Positions 35,102 through 43,308 of a stretch of 64,000 nt of DNA are shown in pieces. The notes below the pieces were generated by a model, which saw nothing but the letters and a program-made list of their open reading frames with translations, searched no databases and was not told where the DNA came from. Where the stretch lies: contig CM097882.1 of assembly GCA_044892505.1 (NCBI GenBank), positions 384,090,001-384,154,000 on the forward strand, written 5' to 3'. Positions within the stretch are counted from its first letter, which is position 1. Every line of letters begins with the position of its first letter. Source of the stretch: Schmidtea nova. Its lineage: Eukaryota. Made by a program: the position numbers and the translations under genes.

Positions 35102-35884
35102 TTAATTTAAGATTTTACTCCAAGCTGCTTTTACCCAACCAACAACATCCTGTAATTTAGGTTTGATATAATTACCTTTTACATTACGTTCGCTTTTGGT
35201 TTCAATATAGATGTTAATTTCTTCCCGAAGATAATTCTTAAATGGCTTATTTAATCCAATATCCAAACTTTGTAAATATGCTGTCATGCCGGATGGAATC
35301 ATGACTTGATCAATATTCTGATTCGAGAGATACTCTTTCATTGTATTAGGTCGGTGTGTACTGCCAGAGTCCCACACCAGTAGTTTCTTTTGATTGTGCC
35401 GTAAAACTGGTGGAAACATCAAATTGATCCATTTTTTAAAAACATCTTGGATACACCAAGCTTTTTCAGTTTCTAAGACGTAAATTCTAGAAATACAATT
35501 GATCATTTCCTTTGTTCCTTTCGTAATCAGCACAGGAGTTAATTTCTTGCCATTACAATCAATGGCAAGAATACATGTAACTCTTGTACTTTCATACCCG
35601 GTTGATAGAATACTGATCGACATAGACCCTTTTCGATCAATTGCTGTTTGTACAGCCTGGCCAAAAAATACCGATGTTTCGTCCATAGCAATTATATTTG
35701 ATGGTTGATATTGTTCAAAATTTAAATTATCCATAAATGTTTTAAAATATAATGCTTCTTTGATGATTTCCACGTCATCTAGCTTAAATAATGTCTTTGA
35801 CCTTCTTAAAGACAGTTTGTATCTGGTTAGAAATCCATCAATCCAGTGTTGTGAAGCTTTGAACTTATCTAAAGAGATATTAAA
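35102..35884 (-). pseudogene. pogo transposase, C-terminal part (CENP-B HTH end + DDE_1)
   Basis: Reads FKASQHWIDGFLTRYKLSLRR, IIAMDETSVFF, LLVWDSGSTH and LQSLDIGLNKPFK. It joins in frame with 51000-51320 when the insertion is excised (1,104 nt, 368 codons). Confidence 0.9.
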
Positions 35885-35888
35885 CTGT

Positions 35889-36932
35889 TGTTAGGGTTCG
35901 AGATCAAGGGATCTCGGGTTTTTGTAATTAAATATTATAAGTAAATAAATAAATATAAATAGCAATTAAGAATTACTATAAATAGATAGATAATAATTAT
36001 AGTAATAAATAAATAGATAAATAGTAATAGTAAATAAATAATTACTATAAATAAATATAGATTAAATATAGTAATAATTAAATAGTATATAATAAATATA
36101 GTAATAAATAAATACATGATAAATTTAAATAATAATAATAAGTTATATATAGTAATAATAAATTACTTTCAATAAAAATATAATAATTATAAATATTTTT
36201 AAAGGCAGTGGTAAAACACCACCGCAGTTTTAAGAGATGATGATGAGCGTAGTAGTGTGTAAACCTACTATCGTTCAAATTGTATATATACTGATTACAA
36301 AATCAGTTGAAAAAAACATAATTTTTACAGAAGTGAATTTTAGAACATAAGTGTTTACAGAATAGTGAATTTTAGTTCAAAGTTAAATTTGCGTGGAGAG
36401 AATAATTTTACAGAATTTCATTTGTGATAATTTTCCGAAATTGGAATAACCTTTGAGCAAATTATTAGCTGGTAAATTTTCTAGTTTGATTTAATTCTAT
36501 AAATCGATCACGGGGAAATAGTTATATTACTATTTTTCCTCTTCAGTAAAGTCGTTAAATAATAAATTATTAGAAGGGAAATTATTAGGTCACAGTGACA
36601 ACCATTTCTGGGTTGTCACTATCGCGATTAAACTACCGGGAAACCCCTCATCTTGTGTCCTTTCCTTTAGTCGGAGCTGTTGAGCCTTTTAGGTCCAGCT
36701 TTCGTTCTTAAACTCTGAGGACGGTTTGTATAACCGATTTTCTAACTTTTGCTTTGCAGCTATTTTTATTATATTGTACATTGATATACATATTTCACAA
36801 TACATTTTATTAAAAGGAATTAGTTCTTGTTTTCTTTACACACAACCTAAAACATATATTTTATTTATAACTATATAAGCGGATTATCGTTTGGAGTCCG
36901 ATAATCAAATCAAATCAAATCAAATCAAATCA

Positions 36933-36995
<63 letters not shown>

Positions 36996-37031
36996 CTGTG
37001 TTCGTCGTAAACCACTGATACGAACCGAACA
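35889..37031 (+). repeat. 5' LTR (1,143 bp)
   Basis: Identical to 49867-50999 in a line-by-line comparison except one substitution (GTAAAC/GTAATC) and 10 extra nt of (TA)n. Contains a TATATAAG at ~36872, a 10-bp hairpin at 36595-36621, (TCAAA)n and (TA)n. Confidence 0.97.
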
Positions 37032-37034
37032 TTT

Positions 37035-37052
37035 TGGTGAGCCCGACGTGAT
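37035..37052 (+). promoter_or_regulatory. PBS, tRNA-Trp
   Basis: TGGTGAGCCCGACGTGAT, 3 nt after the LTR; 17/18 match to the established tRNA-Trp PBS. Confidence 0.9.
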
Positions 37053-37123
37053 ACAATTATTATCAGTGGGCATATTGTTATATATACAAAATAGCTCCTA
37101 AAAAGACAAAAGTTGTGGAGGAC

Positions 37124-38002
37124 ATGGCTGAAGAGAATAATGTTTTTGCTAGATATCCCGCTTTACCTGTCAAGGCATTTAGCGGAGATCCAGGGGAATT
37201 TCCGGAGTTTATGTCAGAGTATTATCAGATGGCAAAGGCCTATGGGTATCCAGATGCAATAATGATACAAAGACTGCCAATTTACCTTAAGGGTATGGCA
37301 AGGGAAAACTACAATGATATTATGGCGTTACCAACAGCAGATAAACCAGGTACATGGGAAAAGATGAGAGAATCACTAACAGCTAGAATATTACCGGGAG
37401 ATTCAAGCAGAATTTTCCGACAACAATTTTATCATAGAAAACAGAATGCCAATGAGCATGTAGGAGAATTTTCTTATCAATTATTGTTACTAGCAGAAAG
37501 AGCATTTGGGCTCAGAACTACCTGGAATGATGCAACTAAAGCTATGGTTAAAGACCAATTATTAGCTGGATTCACAAATGTAATGAGAAATGCATTGATT
37601 CTCCACACGGGAGATGATTTTTGGGAATTAACCAGAAAAGCTGTCGTAATCGAAAGCAGCTTAGAAAAGGCTACCTCATTTATGGTAAATAATGAGAAGC
37701 CAGCAATTGAATGTTTTAACTGCCATAAGAAGGGGCATATATCAAAAGATTGCCACAGTAAGAAGGTAGCTGATACTCGTAGGAGTATTCAGTGTACTAA
37801 ATGTGGTATAAATAATCATAGTGTTGAGAACTGTAGAGTCACGAACTTGCAGTGTGATAAATGCAAACGCAGAGGGCATGTGGCTTCCGTTTGTAGAGTT
37901 AGGAATCTCCCCACGAATGGGAATTTTAATATTAAAAGGGATGATGTTAATTCATCAGGAAAGATAAATGCCACGGATGTGGAAAATTCGGGCATATTCT
38001 GA
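37124..38002 (+). CDS. Gag (capsid + three CCHC knuckles; a fourth knuckle lies in the -1 frame at 37969-38010)
   Basis: CFNCHKKGHISKDC, CTKCGINNHSVENC and CDKCKRRGHVASVC; capsid-like helical region. Confidence 0.93.
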   Translation: MAEENNVFARYPALPVKAFSGDPGEFPEFMSEYYQMAKAYGYPDAIMIQRLPIYLKGMARENYNDIMALPTADKPGTWEKMRESLTARILPGDSSRIFRQQFYHRKQNANEHVGEFSYQLLLLAERAFGLRTTWNDATKAMVKDQLLAGFTNVMRNALILHTGDDFWELTRKAVVIESSLEKATSFMVNNEKPAIECFNCHKKGHISKDCHSKKVADTRRSIQCTKCGINNHSVENCRVTNLQCDKCKRRGHVASVCRVRNLPTNGNFNIKRDDVNSSGKINATDVENSGIF

Positions 38003-41000
38003 GGTCGTGTCCTCAAAATCAGAGTAATAATATGAATAGTAGGACTACCAATAGTGGTAATGTCAGCAAGCCAAAAACTACGTTCATGGTCAATCACGAT
38101 AAAGAATTGACGTATTTGCAACAACTGGAAATGGAAATCCAGGAGGAGAAAAATCGATTAGCACGGCTAATGGATCGAGATGATACAGTTTTTATGATTT
38201 CAGCTGAGAAAAATCATGCTCACACAGATGAGCGAGGAACAGTTTTGATGAATACAATTGAAGAAATAAATGAGACTCCCACAGTTGGGCAAGAGACAGT
38301 TTTTATGATTTCAGCTGAGAAAAATCATGCTCACATGGATGGGCGAGGAACAGTTATAATGAATCCCATTGAGGAAAGCGATGATGCTCACACAGTTGGG
38401 CAAGGAACAGTTTTGATGATTTCAGCTGAGAAAAATCATGATGCTTACACAGATGAGCAAGGAAATAGTGAACCCATGGATTCCAGCAGCGAGAATCATG
38501 AGGTAATAGAATCAGAGACAAATTCTGATAATGATGACGAACCCAGTATGAGTACCATACTGAGCGAGTTCGACCAGGCTTTGTTCAAGGAAACAAAGGC
38601 CAAGAAAGGGTCAGATACCCTAGCAAAATGTTTTAAACTGGTGGATTCCAGATATGAGTATCAGCAGAGACTGACTAGAGAATTAGAGAAATTATCACAA
38701 GGTGATATCAAGAACAGTGAAATTGGAAAGATATTACAATTAATATCTCAGGTCGAAGATGATCCAAGGTATCATAGCGACATACATAAAATCCTACGAA
38801 AGATAGGAACTGCAATGGAGCATGAATGGGATCTTCAGGATTCGCATTTAAACATAAAACTTCCTCAGGAGCAGGAGTTTAACATCGACATGAATGTAAG
38901 ATGTCGAACAGACAAGTTGTCAGATACAATGATGAAATTGAAACATAATAGATATGATTTTTATTTATATGGAGAAAAGTTAGTAGTTGGGGAAACACTA
39001 CTACAAAATGGTGTATTACCAGGAAGGGTAACGAAACTCACAACGAAACTGACAGGAATATCGGTCCCAGTAGTGGATCAAGACAGTGTGTTTCTACTCA
39101 CACAAATGGAAATTGCACAGTTGGAGGAAGTCCAACAAATAGAGCAACGCCTGAAGATAGAGTTGCAGAAATCTCCGAGGGATGGAGAAACAATCAAGGA
39201 AATATTAGACTGGATGTTGGTATTGCGCATACCAGTAGAATCATTGGAGAGTATAATTCCTATTCTACTACCTGTAGTAAAGGAAACTAGTTCATTTCAA
39301 ACGGAAATAAAAATGTTAATGAGAAAAAATGGAACAGCAATACGTCATCAAGCACATCGACAAGGCATGATAACTTTAGACATTCGAATATCGGGAAAAG
39401 AACCCATGACGAGGTTATATCGTTGTTTTAGCAAAGTAATAACTTTGAGAAAAGATTTAATAGATACTGGGCAGACTACCGGTATATTCTTGATTATGAT
39501 TCATGGAGGGCAAGTGGATGATGATGAATATTTAGTAGATGTGGGATGTCTACCATTTGAAACGACAACAGTAGCAATCATTCCCGTAGAGCCACCTGAA
39601 TCTCAATGGTCAGCATTACGGTTACCAGATGAAATGGTCACTGGTAATGTTGAAACACAACCATTTAATGTAGATATCGATGCCGATAATCACGGAGAAG
39701 AGGAAATCAGACTCAATAATGAGGAAACTAACGTGGGAGCTTCAACTTCTCGGGCGGTAGAAACTATCAGGCCAGAATGGCAGACAAAGAAAGATAGGCG
39801 AGGAAGGCCTAGGAAAGATCAAATGAAACCTCCACCAACGGAGCAATTAAACCAAGAAACCATTAAACAGGTTCAGATGAAAACCCTGTCAGGAATAGCC
39901 AGGGATGTTGATATGAGAGACGAAGGTGTACATATACCAGAAAAATCTCTGACATGGAAGAGATTAAAACAGATCATAGGAATATTAAAGCCGGAATGGC
40001 AGATTACTCGGATTAAAGGAATTCAAGTGGATAAAGTGACACAGTCAATCGCGAAGACGATGAGGAGATTACCTAGAGGGGTACCGCAAAACGAGATACA
40101 GAGTATGTTAGAGACACTCATACAAGATGGGTTATCTAAAGGAAAAATAGTGACAGCATTATCTATGTTGATTCAAGATGCTTTATCCCGCACAGGCAAT
40201 GAGAAGAAACTTATTAATCGAGAAATAGACCAGATCACGGAGATAACGGAGCATTATCTTGGAACGTGGATGAGTGAAAATAACTTCTGGGAAGAGGAGA
40301 AACATAAACCACGATATGAATTTGTGGAAGAGGCTATGAATAACAACCACCTCGGAAATGGAGAAATGGGGAATATGACGAATATGATATTAATGTTTTT
40401 AGTAATGATGGGGATTATGAAACAGACAAACACAATGACAGCGTTTGATTGCAGTGATCCAAAGTTAGCTCGGATATATTCGCTCGTAGATGCAATTGAG
40501 TGCAAAGAGGCATATCCAGAGAAAGTCCAAACAGGAGAAAAGGTCGAATACTATGTCTACCAAGAAAGTGAATTCTTCAGAACTAAGATAAGAGAATGTA
40601 GAGTCCAAAGAGCGACGTTTGAATATTATTGTGGTTCACACAGCTATACAGCTTTTCTATCAGCCACTCTAATACCTAGACCAGTTAACATATTGCCAGA
40701 AGATTGTCTAGATGCCTTTCGAAAAGGTACTTTAAGAATCGATAACGAGGTAACCATCGCCGCGGAAGTAGTAAAAACACTGGGAGTAACAATTACACGA
40801 GGAGGATCAATCGGATCAGATGGTACCTGTACGGGAAGAAAGAAAACTCGCGGATCGGAGTGTGTAAGTTTTGTCGTAGATATTGAGGACTATTCAATCG
40901 AATTAAGAGAATACGAAGGGACGTTCGATGTATTATCAGGTAGATTAATGGCACACCCTCAGTGCCTTGCGAAATTTGGAAGCTGCAGAACAGGGGTCAT

Positions 41001-43308
41001 TACATTATTATACGATCAAATACTAGACCATTGCGAATTGTCATTACTAAAGAAAATTAATTTCCATAAGTTGAACGGGACAAAGTATCGAGATTTACCC
41101 AAAAGAGAAAGAATTTGGGATAAAGAAAAGACGTTGAAAAGGATCAACAAACAGCAAAAAGAGGATATTAGTGAGGAAATCACACCTCTAGTATTAGTAT
41201 CAGAAGATAAGAAAGATGCAATCAGATTTGTCAGAAAAGATAAGAAGACAAAATGCGGAAAAGTGGTGTACGAGACCAACTATAAAGGATTATATTTGTC
41301 AAAAACATTTATCCAAAAAGCCAAGAATATTCACAGCCAGGATATCAAAATCACGAACTATATAAATAATAAAATAGATTATTTATATCATGATCTGCAA
41401 GGACAAATGCAGGAAATGTATCAGGAAGTAATACTCAATGATTGCAAACTAAATCGCGAAATAGTTCGAAATCGATTAGCGATATCAATCGTGAATCCGG
41501 ATCTAGTGACACCTATGTTGCTAGAAGATGGAATGTTTGGCAGAATTATGGGGGAAGCTATATACAGCTATCAATGTCAACCCATAGAGGTACAATTAAC
41601 ACGGTATAATGAATGTACTCTAGAATTACCAGTGTCATATCAAAACAAAATACGATTTGTAATGCCAGTAACGAGGAGACTTTTGGATGAAAAACAAAAG
41701 CCTCAACCTTCAATTTGCAATCCAGCAATATCGCCGTTATACAAGGTAAATGATAGATGGATCTCATTACCTGACCGAAAACCATCTAATAGAAAGGTGG
41801 AAACATTGGAAGTCACGAAACTCGAGGAAAACATGGAATTTAAATCACTCGATGAATTATCACAAGGAGGAATTTACACTCCAGCAGACATTGAGGAGGC
41901 AAGACAGACATTGCTATTCCCTCAAGTAAGAGAAAGAGGTATCACAGAAATCATAAGAACAATTTACCAAGCAAACGAAATGAGACCAGATTACAATTTA
42001 TTATTTGGTCCAGATCATTATAAAGAAGCAGCTAAAAATGTGATGATGAAAATATGGGGAAGGTTTACCAATTTTGGTATTTTCGTGGCAGGCTGCTCAG
42101 GAATATATGCAATATTCGTAATTCTAAAGTTAATAATAACACAATTAATTTCCACATACAGTATATTCAAAATCGGTGGATGGTCTTGGAAGTTGATACT
42201 AGGATTATGTCCTATGTGTGCGGAATTTGCATTGTTTAAACACCATCGTAAAGAAATAAAGACAATCAAACAGAGAAGCTTGGTAAAACACGAGATTATT
42301 GGAATCGAAATGGAGGGTAATACAAGTTATCGGGACGATAACAATTCGGAAGGAGGAGGTAATGGAGACTCTCTTAATACAGTTCAGAGGCAAAGTAGAA
42401 GTCGAAAAAGAAACTACAATAAAAAACCGAATCATCAATTAAGGAAAATGAAATATCGGGATTATCAACCACCTTACGAAGCGACAAAACAGATTTTCGA
42501 CAAAAGTATGATTTCAGAAGATGAATACGATAGTGCAGACCAGAAATTTGCAATCAATACAGCATCGCCTAGATTGAAAAGAAGCCCAAGATATATGCAA
42601 TTGCCATATCTTAGAAGTTTACCAACAGCGCCAAAGGGGGAATCGCCAGAGTTTCAAAAGACATCAGGAGAAGGCAAGCCAAGTTATGCTTTAACTTTAC
42701 CAAGGAACAAAATTTACACTTCTAAACATCAACAAATTCTCGACAAAGATGCTCGAGAGACAGGTAAAAGCATATCATTATCGTTAGAAAATGAAGGGAA
42801 ACTGTATCCTATCGAGTCGTTAGAAGCAATAAAAGCTAAATTCAAGGAATATAATCCAAAATTGAGTGATACCGAACAAGATGAGGCAGAGAAATTCAGA
42901 GCAAATACCATCGGGATAACGCATGCTACTATTTTGATGGCAAATGGGGTGAACTTGGATAAGAAACCCATGATAAAGATAAAAATAAACAGACACACAG
43001 TTAATGCAGTGATAGATTCAGGAGCCGACGGCACTATCATAGAGGCAACACTATTAAATCAAAAAGAATTGGAATCAATGGAAACCTCTAGAGTTTCGCT
43101 AACAGGTGCTACAGGCACATCATTGAATATTATTGGTACTCTAGCTTGTAACATCAAGCTATGTGACCAAGAATTTCGTCATGATATTATAGTCATGAGA
43201 ATTTGTCCAGTAGAATGTCTACTAGGAATGGATCTTTTAAGAAGATTAAAAGGAGTTGTGTTCGATTGTGCTACCGGATTGTTAGTTAGATCAATCGGTA
43301 AGAAATGA
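37951..43308 (+). CDS. Polyprotein part 2: 4th CCHC - 37-aa repeats - helical/ubiquitin-like modules - signal peptide - gB/chuvirus-type glycoprotein - TM - aspartic protease
   Basis: The frame is open from 37951 (CHGCGKFGHILRSC). Glycoprotein motifs: AFDC, YYCGSHS, YINNKIDYLY, GEAIYSYQC, LPV, P.TR, GGIY. TM at ~42060-42240. Protease AVIDSGADGT (Asp at 43015) with LLGMDLL. Confidence 0.85.
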   Translation, partial: FIRKDKCHGCGKFGHILRSCPQNQSNNMNSRTTNSGNVSKPKTTFMVNHDKELTYLQQLEMEIQEEKNRLARLMDRDDTVFMISAEKNHAHTDERGTVLMNTIEEINETPTVGQETVFMISAEKNHAHMDGRGTVIMNPIEESDDAHTVGQGTVLMISAEKNHDAYTDEQGNSEPMDSSSENHEVIESETNSDNDDEPSMSTILSEFDQALFKETKAKKGSDTLAKCFKLVDSRYEYQQRLTRELEKLSQGDIKNSEIGKILQLISQVEDDPRYHSDIHKILRKIGTAMEHEWDLQDSHLNIKLPQEQEFNIDMNVRCRTDKLSDTMMKLKHNRYDFYLYGEKLVVGETLLQNGVLPGRVTKLTTKLTGISVPVVDQDSVFLLTQMEIAQLEEVQQIEQRLKIELQKSPRDGETIKEILDWMLVLRIPVESLESIIPILLPVVKETSSFQTEIKMLMRKNGTAIRHQAHRQGMITLDIRISGKEPMTRLYRCFSKVITLRKDLIDTGQTTGIFLIMIHGGQVDDDEYLVDVGCLPFETTTVAIIPVEPPESQWSALRLPDEMVTGNVETQPFNVDIDADNHGEEEIRLNNEETNVGASTSRAVETIRPEWQTKKDRRGRPRKDQMKPPPTEQLNQETIKQVQMKTLSGIARDVDMRDEGVHIPEKSLTWKRLKQIIGILKPEWQITRIKGIQVDKVTQSIAKTMRRLPRGVPQNEIQSMLETLIQDGLSKGKIVTALSMLIQDALSRTGNEKKLINREIDQITEITEHYLGTWMSENNFWEEEKHKPRYEFVEEAMNNNHLGNGEMGNMTNMILMFLVMMGIMKQTNTMTAFDCSDPKLARIYSLVDAIECKEAYPEKVQTGEKVEYYVYQESEFFRTKIRECRVQRATFEYYCGSHSYTAFLSATLIPRPVNILPEDCLDAFRKGTLRIDNEVTIAAEVVKTLGVTITRGGSIGSDGTCTGRKKTRGSECVSFVVDIEDYSIELREYEGTFDVLSGRLMAHPQCLAKFGSCRTGVITLLYDQILDHCELSLLKKINFHKLNGTKYRDLPKRERIWDKEKTLKRINKQQKEDISEEITPLVLVSEDKKDAIRFVRKDKKTKCGKVVYETNYKGLYLSKTFIQKAKNIHSQDIKITNYINNKIDYLYHDLQGQMQEMYQEVILNDCKLNREIVRNRLAISIVNPDLVTPMLLEDGMFGRIMGEAIYSYQCQPIEVQLTRYNECTLELPVSYQNKIRFVMPVTRRLLDEKQKPQPSICNPAISPLYKVNDRWISLPDRKPSNRKVETLEVTKLEENMEFKSLDELSQGGIYTPADIEEARQTLLFPQVRERGITEIIRTIYQANEMRPDYNLLFGPDHYKEAAKNVMMKIWGRFTNFGIFVAGCSGIYAIFVILKLIITQLISTYSIFKIGGWSWKLILGLCPMCAEFALFKHHRKEIKTIKQRSLVKHEIIGIEMEGNTSYRDDNNSEGGGNGDSLNTVQRQSRSRKRNYNKKPNHQLRKMKYRDYQPPYEATKQIFDKSMISEDEYDSADQKFAINTASPRLKRSPRYMQLPYLRSLPTAPKGESPEFQKTSGEGKPSYALTLPRNKIYTSKHQQILDKDARETGKSISLSLENEGKLYPIESLEAIKAKFKEYNPKLSDTEQDEAEKFRANTIGITHATILMANGVNLDKKPMIKIKINRHTVNAVIDSGADGTIIEATLLNQKELESMETSRVSLTGATGTSLNIIGTLACNIKLCDQEFRHDIIVMRICPVECLLGMDLLRRLKGVVFDCATGLLVRSIGKK

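Noticed and set aside
35935-36278. Hydrophobic antisense ORFs in both LTRs (also 49913-50256)
   Set aside because: They translate an A/T-only low-complexity tract into I/Y/L/F runs; compositional artefact.
37951-37968. Canonical -1 ribosomal frameshift between gag and the next ORF
   Set aside because: No X XXY YYZ heptamer in the only possible window, and the shift would fall within the nucleocapsid knuckle array; kept only as a testable alternative.
40254-42438. Antisense ORFs overlapping the env-like region
   Set aside because: Short shadows of a long sense ORF with no independent motifs.
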